A DNA stretch of 64,000 nt from Longimicrobiales bacterium (GCA_965218295.1 CBDCKN010000009.1:480001-544000); one strand, 5' to 3'. Positions 18,977 through 31,950 are shown, counted from the first letter of the stretch. The notes: generated by a model from the sequence alone, not told the origin. A program made the numbers and translations.

Positions 18977-20698
18977 ATGCGACTGCACGTCGTCGATAGC
19001 GGTCTGTTCGTCACCGACTGTCGCACGCGCCTGCCCTTCCGCTTCGGCGCGGTCACCATGACGGAGGCACCCCTGTGCCTGGCCATGCTGGAGATCGAGA
19101 CCGAAGACGGCCGACGGACTCGTGGATATTCGTCGGACCTGTTGGTGCCTAAGTGGTTCGACAAGGATCCCGCCAAGTCCCCGCAGGAAAACTCGCGGGA
19201 CCTCTTGGCCAGCGCCCACGCCGCAGCACGCGCGTTTCGCGATGAGCCACCTTCGACTGTCTTCGACAGCTGGTGGTCGGTTTATCAGCAGCGGGTCGAG
19301 TCGTAGCCGTTCGGCCAAGGGGATCAGCTCGTACGTGGCTTCGGAGTCGCGCTGTGTGAGCGGGCGCTGATGGATGCGGCTTGTCGGGCCGCCGACGTCA
19401 GCTTCTTCACCGCGTGGAGGCAGGACCTGTTCGCGTTCCAGCCCCACCTCCTGTATGCCGCCCTCGCCGGTTGGTTGCTTTCGGCATCGTTGGCCGAGGC
19501 TCCGGCTACTCGGGTCCGTGTTCGTCATACCATCGGCCTGACGGATGCGCTACGTGAGGCCGAGCTGGAGACCCCACTAAACGACGGCTTCCCGCAGGCT
19601 TTGAAGCAAGACATTGCCGTCTACGGACTCGACACCTTCAAGGTGAAGATCGGCGGCGGGCACGACGTGGACGTGGCCCGGTTGCAGTCGCTTGCCGAGT
19701 TCTTCGATGACACGCTCGACGACTATCAGGTCACGGTGGACGGCAACGAGCAGTTCCACACACTCGACGAACTCGTGGCGCTCTTCGAAGCGGTCGGAGA
19801 AGCTGTCCCAACCGTAGTTGAAGGTTCCTGATAGGGGAGAAAGAAAAGTGGTGGCTCCGGGGGTCCCGGGCCGATAGGCTCGGGTAGGCAAAAACCCCAA
19901 CACGGAGCCACCACGATGAAGAGAACGTACGAGGTAAGGGATCGGGCGGACAAGCGCGCGATCAGGGAGTTCCTGAAGCGGGAGGGGCAGTTTCTGCTTC
20001 CGATGCTTGAGCTCGTGGAGCAGACGGAGGTCGCGATCGACGAAGTCATCCAGGTGATGGGACGAGCGACGATCGAAGCGGTGCTGGAGATGAGCGCCGA
20101 GGGTGTGGCAGGCGTGAAGCAGGCAGGTCGGTCACGAGCGGAAGACGACACGGTGTGGTATGGCCGGCAGGGTGGTGTGGTTTACCTGTCGGACCGGAAG
20201 GTGCGTGTGGAGCGGCCACGGCTCAGGCGCCGGGGCGCCGGGGAGGGTGGCGAGGTCGAGGTGCCGGCGTACGCAGCGATGCGGAGACCGGGCGCCGTGG
20301 CGGATCGGATGCTCGAGGTCCTGATGGCGGGGGTGAGCACGCGGAAGTACGGCCGTGTGATCGGTGAGATGGCCGACACGGTCGGGGTGAGCAAGTCGGC
20401 GGTGAGCCGTGAGACGGTCGAGGCCTCGGAGCGCGTGCTGAAGGAGCTGATGGAGCGCCGGCTGGATGCGTGGGACCTCCTGGTGATCTTCATGGAACGC
20501 AACGGCCATCACTATTTCCGTGGGCTCGACCATCTCTCCGAACGGGAGATCGAATACGCGCTGGCAGAGCACCCCGAGTTGTACACGAGACACGACGGCG
20601 GTGCGCGGCTCGACATTCAGGCGGGCGAGTTGAAGCTCCATTCGCTCCAGCGCTCCGGGTATGGCGCTGTTGGCGATCCCGACCTCGAGAGGGAGTAG
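18977..20698 (+). pseudogene. Enolase/mandelate-racemase-superfamily protein: in-frame TAG at 19304, IS256 insertion and internal deletion
   Basis: RTRLPFRFG..PKWFDK, VRHTIGLTD, FKVKIGG, VTVDGNEQF; C-terminal ERNGHHYFRGL after the IS. Confidence 0.8.
19799..20489 (+). mobile_element. IS256-family element type 1, copy A (3'-truncated)
   Basis: Left end GAAGCTGTCCCAACCGTAGTTGAAGGT; identity with the other copies stops at CTGGTGATCT. Confidence 0.92.
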
Positions 20699-20701
20699 TT
20701 C

Positions 20702-22142
20702 GTGGAGTACAAACCACCAGGAAGGCACCGCAGCGTAGCCGACTTCCGTGACCACCTGCGCGCCTTGAATCCGGCGTTCGACTGTGACGAAGAGTTGCTC
20801 GGTGCCGCCGGCCCTCTCGGTCAGACGCTGGACCTCGGTCATCGAAAGCTGGGAAACCGTTTCGCCACTCAACCCATGGAAGGGTGGGACGCCACGGACG
20901 AAGGCCTGCCCTCGGAACAGACGCTTCGCCGTTGGAGGCGGTTCGGCTCCAGCGGTGCCACTCTGATCTGGGGTGGCGAGGCCTTCGCGGTTCAGGCCGA
21001 CGGCCGAGCCAACCCCAACCAGCTGTACATGAACGACGATGTAGACGTCGTCGGGGGTCTCCAGAGCCTCATCGCCGAGGTGCGCGCCGGCCACGCCGAG
21101 CAAGGGCTGGACCCCGAGGATCCGTACATCGGGGCTGCAGTTGACCCACTCCGGGCGCTTCGCACGGCCGAACGGGCCTCTCGAGCCACGCATTGCGTAT
21201 CACCACGAGCCGCTTGAGGACAAATACGGGATCGACAGCGGCATCGAGCCACTCACGGACGCCGAACTCGAGGCAATCGGCGACAACTACGTGATCGCGG
21301 CTGAGGCGGCCGAGCGCGCCGGTTTCGACTTCGTCGACGTGAAGTGTTGCCACGGCTACCTGCTGCACGAGTTACTCGGAGCCCACCGACGTGAGGGCGA
21401 ATACGGTGGCTCGTTCGAGAACCGCACGCGCTTGTTCCGTCGCATCGTGGACGGCATCCGCAGCCGTTGCCCGAAGCTCGACATCGGAGTGCGCGTCTCG
21501 CTGGTCGATGTGTTTCCGCACAGGGCGAACCCGGAAACCCGCCTGGGCGAAGCCGCCGACTGGGAACGACACGTACCGTACGACCTCGGCTTCGGAGTCG
21601 ACGCCGACGATCCGCGCCGCTTCGACTTTGCTGACGGCATGCGCTTCCTCGAGCTGGTCGAAGGCCTCGGCATCCGACTGGTCAACTTGACGCTCGGATC
21701 ACCCTACTACTGCCCGCACTTGCAGCGTCCGGCAACGTATCCGCCCAGCGATGGTTACCTACCGCCGGAAGACCCGCTGCTCAGTGTCATCGCACACCTC
21801 GAGTGCGCGAGGCGGGCCAAGGCGGCCTTTCCCAACCTCGTCATCGTGGGCACCGGGTACAGCTACCTGCAGGAGTACCTGCCGCACGTCGCCCAGCACG
21901 AAGTCGGGTAACGGTCACGTGGACATCGTCGGCCTCGGTCGCATGGCGCTCATCTACCCGGACCTGGCCAAAGACGTACTCGCCCGTAAGCCGCTGGAAA
22001 GAAACGCATCTGCCGGACCTTCAGCGACTGCACCACCGCTCCGCGAAATGGCATGGTCAGTGGCTGCTATCCGCTCGACCCGTACTACAAGGACACCCCG
22101 GAAGCGAAGCGTCTCAAGGAGATCAAGAAGGCACAACGATGA
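20702..22142 (+). CDS. NADH:flavin oxidoreductase (Old Yellow Enzyme family), several frameshifts
   Basis: [67 protein letters not shown]. Confidence 0.85.
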
Positions 22143-25069
22143 GCGACCGCAACGTCGACGCCGATCAACTCCGAGAGATGCGACGTGGGCTGCGCATGTC
22201 GCACCCACCCGATCCCGAGAAGCTCGCGGCAGAGAGAGAGCTTCTCACCGAGCTCGAAAGCGCGACTCCTCTGCGGCGCACTCGAGGATTCCTGAAGCTC
22301 ACCGGCCCAGGCTACATGCAGAGCGCCATGACGCTCGGCGGTGGCACCGCAATCGCCTCACTCGGCGCCGGTGGATGGTGTCCCGCTGACAGTTGAAGGT
22401 GGTGGCTCCGGAGAGTCTCCTTGTCAGCCTGCCTTTCTCATTTCGGCAACCGGTTCATGGTCGTCGAGGTGGGCCCTGAGCATCCAGAGCTGGTCGTAGC
22501 CGATGATCCTCCGGTAGCTCTTCTCGGTCTCCACGAACGAGGCCGCAGCCCAGCGCAAGGCCATCGCTCCGTTCTTCCAGTTGGTCACCCTGCGGGTCTT
22601 CTGTCTTACACCCGAGTGGGTGCTGTCGATCAGGTTGGTCGAGCCCAGGCACTTCCTCAGCCGCGGCGGGAGGCCGAGCCGGTTGATCGTGAACATCTCG
22701 CTGAGGCCTTCGCGTAGGCTGGCCGAGGCCGAGGGGTGGTCGCGCTCGAGCCATCGGGCGAGCTGCTCGAGCTTCTGCTCGCCCTGCTTCGCGTCCAGCT
22801 TCATCGCCGCCCGGAACGCCGCCTTCACCTGAGGATGCTGATCCTTCGGCAGATGACCCAGCACGTTGCGGAGCTTGTGGTTGCGGCAGCGCTGGATGGG
22901 GTGACGTTGGCCGAACACCTTCTCGATCGCCTTCCTGAGCGCTTTCGAGCCATCGATCACGAACAGCCGCCGCCTGCCCGGGTCCAGGCCGCGCTCGACC
23001 AGATCCTCTAGGAGCGCCGCTGGTCACCTCGGCGTTCTCACTCGCTCCTTCCCTCACGCCCAGCACGTGCTTCTTTCCGTCTGAGTCCACGCCTACCGCA
23101 GCAAGCACGTGGTGCGAGCCCATCTGGATCCCGTCCAGGTAGATCACCAGGAGGTCCCACGCATCCAGCCGGCGCTCCATCAGCTCCTTCAGCACGCGCT
23201 CCGAGGCCTCGACCGTCTCACGGCTCACCGCCGACTTGCTCACCCCGACCGTGTCGGCCATCTCACCGATCACACGGCCGTACTTCCGCGTGCTCACCCC
23301 CGCCATCAGGACCTCGAGCATCCGATCCGCCACGGCGCCCGGTCTCCGCATCGCTGCGTACGCCGGCACCTCGACCTCGCCACCCTCCCCGGCGCCCCGG
23401 CGCCTGAGCCGTGGCCGCTCCACACGCACCTTCCCGTCCGACAGGTAAACCACACCACCCTGCCGGCCATACCACACCGTGTCGTCTTCCGCTCGTGACC
23501 GACCTGCCTGCTTCACGCCTGCCACACCCTCGGCGCTCATCTCCAGCACCGCTTCGATCGTCGCTCGTCCCATCACCTGGATGACTTCGTCGATCGCGAC
23601 CTCCGTCTGCTCCACGAGCTCAAGCATCGGAAGCAGAAACTGCCCCTCCCGCTTCAGGAACTCCCTGATCGCGCGCTTGTCCGCCCGATCCCTTACCTCG
23701 TACGTTCTCTTCATCGTGGTGGCTCCGTGTTGGGGTTTTTGCCTACCCGAGCCTATCGGCCCGGGACCCCCGGAGCCACCACTTTTCTTTCTCCCCTATC
23801 AGGAACCTTCAACTACGGTTGGGACAGCTTCCGCCGGTGCCGCGTTCGGCTACAAGCTGCTGTGGGTGGCGCCCACTGCGATGCTGCTTGGCATCATCAT
23901 GCTGACGGCTGTCTCCCATCAGACGCTGTCCACCGGCATGCGCCCGTTCGACGCCATGGCGCGCTTCGCGGGCAAGCCCCTGGCATGGGCTTGGGCCATT
24001 GGCGCGTTGATGTCGTCCATCATCTGGCACTTCCCTCAGTACTCGCTGGCATCCGCCGGGCTCGTGGACATCGGCGCGGCCTTCGGTCAGACGTGGCGGC
24101 CACAGTACATGAGCTTCGTGGTTCTGGCCTGGGCCATCGGGCCTGTCCTTGTTGTACGGCAAGTCAGCGAAGTGGGTGCGTCTGTACGAACGCCTACTCA
24201 AGTACATGGTGTGGGGCATCGTGATGTGCTTCGGCTACGTCGTGTTCAAGACGGGTGTCGATTGGTCGGGAGTCGCCGAGGGACTCACGTTCCAGCTTCC
24301 GGAAAGCCGCGAAGGCGTGGCCGCGGTCACGCTGGTGCTGAGCGGACTGTCTGCGGCCGTCGGCGTGAACATGTTGTTCTTGTACCCCTACAGTCTGCTG
24401 GCACGCGGCTGGGGGCGGGAGCACCGCCGCGTGGCCCGCTTCGACCTGTACGTCGGCATGTTCATCCCGTACGTGCTGGCCACCGGTCTCATCGTCATCG
24501 CCTCGGCCAATACACTCTACGATGGCTTCGCCGGCGATTCGATCGGTGCGGTCGATGCCGCGCAGTCGCTGGCGGCAGTCATCGGTCCAAAGCTCGGTCG
24601 AAGCATCTTCGACCTCGGCCTCATTGGGATGGCTCTGAGTTCGATCTCGCTGCAGATGCTCACGTGCGGCTTCGTCGCCACCGAGCTGTTGGGCTGGGAA
24701 GTCGGATCACGAAAGCACCAGTTGGCGATGTTGATTCCGACGCCCGGTGTGCTCGGACCCGTGCTGTGGACGAAGCTGCTGTGGCTGGCGGTGCCAACGA
24801 ACATCCTCTCGGGCTTGTTTCTACCGGCGGCCTATTTGGGCTTCACGTTGCTGCAGCGCAATAAGAGCTACATGGGCGACGATCTAGTGTCGGGCACACG
24901 CGGCCGCGTCTGGTTCGGGGCCATGTTGGCCGTCACCGTCTTCATGGTCGTGTTCCTCGCCTGGTACATGATCCAATACGGCCCGGCTACCTCGACACCT
25001 ACTTTAACCAGGTCGAGGGGTAGGACTCGCGCCTCACCGTGGACACCCCACGTGGCCCGCTCACCATAG
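22139..25069 (+). pseudogene. NRAMP/MntH-like transporter interrupted by IS256
   Basis: GPGYMQSAMTLGGG...GAAFGYKLLW rejoined across the IS; many TM segments. Confidence 0.8.
22374..23831 (-). mobile_element. IS256 type 1, copy B; 8-bp TSD CGCCGGTG; transposase frameshifted
   Basis: Both terminal IRs; TSD at 22366-22373 and 23832-23839. Confidence 0.95.
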
Positions 25070-25861
25070 ATGACCGCCAACTAGACGAGCATCGCGCGCG
25101 CCTCGCGTCGGTCGGCGACGTGCCGCCTGCCCGCCGAGCGTACGCTGCGACACGCGTGGTGATGCGCCCGGACTACGCTGAGCGGGACCATCGCCTAGAT
25201 CATCCGGGCGACGCTGACGAGATCGCTGACGGGATCGACTGGCAGAGCACCATGCAGCTGCGCCGCCACCTCGCTGCTCGTGGCTTCGGGATCGCCGAGG
25301 CGATGGACACCGCGCAGCGCTTCTTCCTGGGTTGGCCGAGCGCAGAGCGCCTGATCCGCGAGTGCGGCGCCCTCGACCTCGAGCACGGCTTCCTTGCGGG
25401 TGCGGGCGTCGATCATCTGAAGACCGTGGACTCGATGACGCAGCTCGTGGATGGTGTCGTCGCACAGGCCAGCCTCATCCAGGAGTGCGGCGGCTCTGTC
25501 ATCCTGCTGCCGCTCGCCCACCTCCCGAAGTCCGGGTCAGACAGCGACAGCTACGTCGATGTCTGAAGCTGTCCCAACCGTAGTTGAAGGTTCCTGATAG
25601 GGGAGAAAGAAAAGTGGTGGCTCCGGGGGGTCCCGGGCCGATAGGCTCGGGTAGGCAAAAACCCCAACACGGAGCCACCACGATGAAGAGAACGTACGAG
25701 GTAAGGGATCGGGCGGACAAGCGCGCGATCAGGGAGTTCCTGAAGCGGGAGGGGCAGTTTCTGCTTCCGATGCTTGAGCTCGTGGAGCAGACGGAGGTCG
25801 CGATCGACGAAGTCATCCAGGTGATGGGACGAGCGACGATCGAAGCGGTGCTGGAGATGAG

Positions 25862-27637
25862 CCCTCTCTGCCAACTTACGTGAGACACAGAGCAGCTAAG
25901 GAATTAGAGTAGGGCGAAGGCAGAGAAACCGAGGATGCTGAGACACCGTGAGAGAATGAAAGAGAATGGAATAGCCCCACCAACCTGGGACGGTAAGCGA
26001 AGCGCGGCAGCTCCTGCGGACTCGGAGGTGGTAGATAGGCCGCTGCGCCGGCGGTTCGCTCCGTCGTACAAGCTGCGGATCGTCGAAGAAGCGGACCGGT
26101 GCACGGAGCCCGGAGAGGTTGGCCGACTCCTACGGCGGGAGGGCTTGTACTCGTCGCACCTGACGACATGGCGCAAGGCGGCGCATAGCGGGTCCCTGAA
26201 AGCGCTGTCGAAGAAACGAGGCCGTAAGCGCGAGCGCAATCCGCTGGAGGAGAAGGTGCGCAAGCTGGAGCGCGAGAACACTCGCCTCGAGAAGGAGCTC
26301 CAGAAGGCGCACTTGATCATCGACGTCCAGGGAAAAGTTGCAGGGCTGCTGGGATTGAGCCTCGAGGACGGGACGAACTCATGAAGGCGACCCAGGAGCT
26401 AGCCAAGCACGTAGGGGTGAAGCCCGCGTGCGATGCGCTCAGGGTGCCGCGAGCCACGTTCTACCGTCGTCGGAGTGCATCGACCGGGCATCAGCAGCCC
26501 CGCCCGACCCCCGCCCGGGCCTTAAGTGAGAGGGAGCGGGACAAGATTTTCGACACCCTGTGTTCGGAGCGGTTCGTGGACCGGTCCCCAGCCGAGGTGG
26601 TGGCGACGCTGCTCGACGAGGACGTCTACCTGTGCAGCGAGCGTACGATGTATCGCGTTCTGGCTTCCCAGGTGCCGGTTCAGGAGCGTCGAGCGCAGCG
26701 GAGTCATCCCAAATACCAGAAGCCCGAGTTGATGGCGAGGGGCCCGAACCAGGTCTGGTCCTGGGATATCACCCGGCTGCTGGGGCCGAAGAAGTGGAGT
26801 TACTTCTACCTCTACGTGATCCTGGACATCTTCAGCCGCTACGTCGTGGGATGGATGGTGGCGGATCGGGAGAACTCTGCCCTGGCCAGCCGGCTGATCC
26901 AGCAGAGTTGCTTGAAGCATGGCGTCCAGCCCCACCTCCTGACCCTGCATTCCGATCGAGGGGCTCCGATGACGAGCCAATGCACGGCTCAACTACTCGC
27001 CGATCTCGGCGTGACCCGCTCGTTGGGCCGACCCCAGGTCTCGGATGACAATCCGTTCTCCGAGGCTCAGTTCAAGACCTTGAAGTACCATCCCTCGTTT
27101 CCCGGCCGGTTCGGGGATCAGGGGCAAGCCAAGACCTTCTGTCGCTCGTTCTTCCGTTGGTATAATGCCGAGCACCGCCATGGCGGCATCTCGATGCTGA
27201 CCCCCCGAACAGGTCCACTTCGGTCACGCCGATCGGATCATCGCCTGCAGGAAGGCCGTGCTCCGTGAGGCATGGGCCGCTCATCCCGAGCGCTTCGTCT
27301 CCGGTGAGCCGAAGCCTAAACCACTCCCGGAGGCCGTCTGGATCAATCCTCCCACCCCATCCCTCACTACACAGGAGATTGCTCTCTAATTGATTTCCAA
27401 GAGTGTCTCACTGGCGTTGACAGGTTCCGGGTCACGCCGATCGGATCATCGCCTGCAGGAAGGCCGTGCTCCGTGAGGCATGGGCCGCTCATCCCGAGCG
27501 CTTCGTCTCCGGTGAGCCGAAGCCTAAACCACTCCCGGAGGCCGTCTGGATCAATCCTCCCACCCCATCCCTCACTACACAGGAGATTGCTCTCTAATTG
27601 ATTTCCAAGAGTGTCTCACTGGCGTTGACAGGTTCCG
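25862..27637 (+). mobile_element. IS3-family element, copy 3 (orfA 25935..26384, orfB frameshifted) with duplicated right end
   Basis: Same termini as copies 1 and 4; inserted in the IS256 transposase at GAGATGAG|CGCC. Confidence 0.95.
27222..27637 (+). repeat. 208-bp tandem duplication of the IS3 right end
   Basis: 27222..27429 repeated as 27430..27637. Confidence 0.9.
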
Positions 27638-29680
27638 AGCGCCGAGGGTGTGGCAGGCGTGAAGCAGGCAGGTCGGTCACGAGCGGAAGACGACACGGTG
27701 TGGTATGGCCGGCAGGGTGGTGTGGTTTACCTGTCGGACCGGAAGGTGCGTGTGGAGCGGCCACGGCTCAGGCGCCGGGGCGCCGGGGAGGGTGGCGAGG
27801 TCGAGGTGCCGGCGTACGCAGCGAATGCGGAGACCGGGCGCCGTGGCGGATCGGATGCTCGAGGTCCTGATGGCGGGGGTGAGCACGCGGAAGTACGGCC
27901 GTGTGATCGGTGAGATGGCCGACACGGTCGGGGTGAGCAAGTCGGCGGTGAGCCGTGAGACGGTCGAGGCCTCGGAGCGCGTGCTGAAGGAGCTGATGGA
28001 GCGCCGGCTGGATGCGTGGGACCTCCTGGTGATCTACCTGGACGGGATCCAGATGGGCTCGCACCACGTGCTTGCTGCGGTAGGCGTGGACTCAGACGGA
28101 AAGAAGCACGTGCTGGGCGTGAGGGAAGGAGCGAGTGAGAACGCCGAGGTGACCGGGGCGCTCCTAGAGGATCTGGTCGAGCGCGGCCTGGACCCGGGCA
28201 GGCGGCGGCTGTTCGTGATCGATGGCTCGAAAGCGCTCAGGAAGGCGATCGAGAAGGTGTTCGGCCAACGTCACCCCATCCAGCGCTGCCGCAACCACAA
28301 GCTCCGCAACGTGCTGGGGTCATCTGCCGAAGGATCAGCATCCTCAGGTGAAGGCGGCGTTCCGGGCGGCGATGAAGCTGGACGCGAAGCAGGGCGAGCA
28401 GAAGCTCGAGCAGCTCGCCCGATGGCTCGAGCGCGACCACCCCTCGGCCTCGGCCAGCCTACGCGAAGGCCTCAGCGAGATGTTCACGATCAACCGGCTC
28501 GGCCTCCCGCCGCGGCTGAGGAAGTGCCTGGGCTCGACCAACCTGATCGACAGCACCCACTCGGGCGTAAGACAGAAGACCCGCAGGGTGACCAACTGGA
28601 AGAACGGAGCGATGGCCTTGCGCTGGGCTGCGGCCTCGTTCGTGGAGACCGAGAAGAGCTACCGGAGGATCATCGGCTACGACCAGCTCTGGATGCTCAG
28701 GGCCCACCTCGACGACCATGAACCGGTTGCCGAAATGAGAAAGGCAGGCTAACAAGGAGACTCTCCGGAGCCACCACCTTCAACTGTCAGCGGGACACCA
28801 TCCGATGTCTACACGTCCATCATCGATCAACTCGACGGCCCTCTTCTAGTGCACTGGCTCGGGGAGATGTTCGCACCGCAACTGGCGGGCTACTTCCCCG
28901 ACGACAGCTTCGACGTGATTCTCGATCACGACCCGGAGAAGGTGCGCGGCTGCAAGCTCTCACTGCTCGATGATGCGCTGGAACTCCGCGTGCGTCGTCG
29001 TCTCGCCGAGCAGGGTCAGGTGGTCTTCACCGGTGACGACTTCAACTTCGCGCGCCTGATTCTGGGCGGTGACCCGAGTGCGCCGCCCGCCAGCGTGCCT
29101 ACCATCGAGGGAAGCGCCGACTTCGCCGGGGCCCCGCTGCCCACCGGTGATTTCAGCCACGCGCTTCTCGGCATTTTCGATGGAATCGCCGAGCCGGCCG
29201 GTTTGGCGCTGAGGTTGCTCGCCCACGGTGAAGTCGACCGCTACATGGACATCATGGGTCCGTGTGAAGAACTCGGGCGCCTAGTCTTCGAGGCTCCCAC
29301 GAGTCACTACAAGGCTGGCCTCGCCTTCATCAGTTGGCTCAACGGGTGGCAGGACAACACGATGCTCGTGAATCGCGAAGAGCTGGCGCGCTCGGCAGAG
29401 CACTACTGGCAGGTGGCGCGCTGCGCCGCGGCTGCAGGTGCGTTGCTCGACGCAGAGCTGGCTGCCGAACGACGACTTCGGTTGATGGCCGAGGGGAGTC
29501 GTTGACGTCGCACCGCCAACATCGATTCCGTTGGGCCATGTCTGTGACCGAGACGTTCGGAGCCTCAAGAGGAGCACGTCTGAGACGAAGCCACGCGAAG
29601 CCGTACTTGGAAGGTGCTGGGCCCCAGTGAAGCTGGTGCTCTGCGTGCTCGCTGGAGGAGTGATCGCCTTCACCACCATG

Positions 29681-31057
29681 GAGGTTGGGTCAATAGGTGT
29701 GTAAACGTATCAGGCGGCATTCTTCCGCTGTTGGGTTGAGACGGGCTTTCCGTCTTCGAACTTTCTTCCTTCAAATACGTCCTTGAGGAGGTGAGGAGCG
29801 TCGAGCCTTCGGAACCGCTTCTCAGCCACCAAGAGCAACTTCCAGATCAGCGCCGTAGCGCTCTCCACTCGCTTGAACCGCTTCGCCGCCGTCGTCCTGA
29901 GCCGTACCGCAGCGAACGGGCTCTCGACCACGTTCGTCGTGCGTAGATGCTTCCAGTGATCCTCGGGGAAGTCGTAGAAGGCCACCATCCGCTCCCAGTC
30001 GTCCTCGAGTACGTCCACCGCTTTCGGATACCACGGCCTGTAGCGTCTGGCGAACGCCTCACGGGCCCTCACCGCCTCGGCCCGGCTCGGTGCGTAGACC
30101 ACGGCCCTGAGAAGATCCTTCGCCTCGCTCTGCTCCCGCTGAGGCAGCCGGTCCAGCACGTTCCTCATCTTGTGGTTCCAGCACCGTTGCTCGCCCGCCT
30201 CAGGCCATACCTGCCGTACTGCGCCCCAGATCGCCGCGTTGCCGTCCGCCATCAAAAGCCGGGGCGCCTCGATGCCGTGTGCCTTCAGATCCCGCAACAC
30301 CTCCGACCAGGACTCGACCGACTCTCGGTAGCCCGATCTCAGGGCCAACACCTCCTTCGTCCCGTCTCGCATCGCGCCCAGCACCACCAGTAGCGCCGCC
30401 TTGTCCCGCTCGAGCCCTGCCTTCACATAGATCCCGTCCGCCCATACGTAGACGACCTCACGGCCCTCCAGGCGACGCTGGCTCCATTCCTCGAACTCCG
30501 CCGTCCATCCCGCCCGCAGTCTCCGGATCGAAGACTTCGACAGCGGTGCCCCCTCGCCTAACAGTCCCCGCATCGCCAGCTCGAAGTCTCCCTCTGCCAG
30601 TCCGTGCAGATACAGCTCCGGAAGCAGAGCGCCCAGCTCCTTCGTCCGCCTCGCGAACAACGGCAGCACCCGACTCTCGAACCGCTCCTCGACGCCCCGA
30701 ACCCGAGGGCGTCGGAGTGTGATCGTGCCCGAGCTCATCGCCAACCGCCTCAGCTTGCCATATCCGTTGCGGTAGCCCTCGGCCGAGTCCACCGTACTCC
30801 TGCGCTCTGACTTCTCCCGGCCTAACAACTCCGTGACTTCCTCCTCCATGATCTGTTGGATGAACTCCTGCGCCTTCTCCCTAACCATCCCCTCGAGCGT
30901 CTCCCACATCGGCCTGCTGGACGCACCCTGGGGTCCCGCGATATCCTCTCTCATGAGGCGACGTTCCTTTCCCCGGGCTGTCACCCGGGCTCGCTGGTTT
31001 AAATCTCAGCGCAAAGGTACGTCGCCTCTCTTTTTACACACCCTTTGATCCTAGCTC
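29681..31057 (-). mobile_element. IS256-family element type 2; 8-bp TSD CCACCATG
   Basis: Imperfect 25-bp IRs GAGGTTGGGTCAATAGGTGTGTAAA / GAGCTAGGATCAAAGGGTGTGTAAA; TSD at 29673-29680 and 31058-31065. Confidence 0.93.
29710..30984 (-). CDS. IS256-family transposase (intact)
   Basis: YRNGY, YVWADGIY, EQRCWNHK, LRTTNVVES. Confidence 0.93.
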   Translation of the reverse strand: MTARGKERRLMREDIAGPQGASSRPMWETLEGMVREKAQEFIQQIMEEEVTELLGREKSERRSTVDSAEGYRNGYGKLRRLAMSSGTITLRRPRVRGVEERFESRVLPLFARRTKELGALLPELYLHGLAEGDFELAMRGLLGEGAPLSKSSIRRLRAGWTAEFEEWSQRRLEGREVVYVWADGIYVKAGLERDKAALLVVLGAMRDGTKEVLALRSGYRESVESWSEVLRDLKAHGIEAPRLLMADGNAAIWGAVRQVWPEAGEQRCWNHKMRNVLDRLPQREQSEAKDLLRAVVYAPSRAEAVRAREAFARRYRPWYPKAVDVLEDDWERMVAFYDFPEDHWKHLRTTNVVESPFAAVRLRTTAAKRFKRVESATALIWKLLLVAEKRFRRLDAPHLLKDVFEGRKFEDGKPVSTQQRKNAA

Positions 31058-31121
31058 CCACCATGACGTGATCTTGCCACCCTTGCAAGCACGTAGGAAA
31101 CATGGGACTACTGCGAGGCCG

Positions 31122-31950
31122 CTAGTTGCCCACCCGCTCCTTCAACTCCTCAAACCAGTTATCGACAAGGATCAATTGAGTGTCGAACTCTCCAACCTTC
31201 AGCATCACCAATCGCTGGTCATCCGGGCTGATATCGTATTGCGCGTGACCGTTCCCGATTAGGTAGGCGGCCAAGGGAAACAGGACTCGCTGCTGCCCCA
31301 CAGCGAACGATGGATCTCTGATGATTTCGGCAACCATTTGTTCGTCAGCGTTCGCCGTTCCCTGATAAAACAACTCTCGACCATTGTGTGCCCACACGGC
31401 CTCATCGCCTCTAGTCGTGGATATCTGCCACCTGCCCGCATCAACGTCGGGGAAGGGACGCACATACACCTGAATATCGCCGTCGTCCTGGAGCCAGGTG
31501 TGGGCTAGCCAGCGACCGTCGGGGGAAAGTGAGATCTCAAGCGCCGCTCCCTCCGTGACCAATGGAGTCGCTACGCTGTCCACCCCGGGGCGTATCGCGT
31601 AGATGTCGGAGTTGGTGGTCAAGCCGTCTGATTCCACAAAGATCAGCCAGGTGCCGTCGGGCGAGTAGACGAATTCCTGGATAGGCCGCTCCCTGTCCAG
31701 CACGAGCTCGGCCAGGCCGCTCCCATCCGCTTTCTTTCTCCACAAATCCCCTTGTCCCGCACGATTCGACACGAATGTGACGAATTCCCCGTCCCGCGAC
31801 CACAGAGCCCTGAGGTTCTCCGTTCCCTCGAACGTGAGGCGGAACAAAGGGCCGGTGTCCAGCTGCTTGACCCACAGGTCTGTGGTCCCGTCTGAGTCCG
31901 TAATCGACGTGACGAGCCGGGTGCCGTCGGGGGAAAGCGCAAGACTGGAA
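31122..31950 (-). pseudogene. C-terminal TolB/PD40 beta-propeller fragment (tail typical of Ser/Thr kinase-TolB fusions); 5' boundary approximate
   Basis: WSRDG/YSPDG/LSPDG repeats, QVYVRPFPD...RWQIS, YDISPD, VDNWFEELKER. Confidence 0.75.

Larger units (their letters stand above)
25565..28802 (+). mobile_element. IS256 type 1, copy C; 8-bp TSD CGATGTCT; itself interrupted by an IS3 copy
   Basis: IRs; TSD at 25557-25564 and 28803-28810. Confidence 0.95.
25039..29505 (+). pseudogene. DUF993 (DHDPS-like TIM barrel) protein interrupted by nested IS256/IS3
   Basis: IDWQSTMQLRRHL..GFGIAEAMDTAQR; VHWLGEMFAPQLAGY, KLSLLD, FTGDDFNF, FSHALLGIFD, HYKAGLAF. Confidence 0.85.

Noticed and set aside
19304..19306. 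In-frame TAG in the enolase-like gene as possible pyrrolysine
   Set aside because: Not in a methylamine methyltransferase or catalytic motif, and the gene is also IS-disrupted and deleted; a nonsense mutation is simpler
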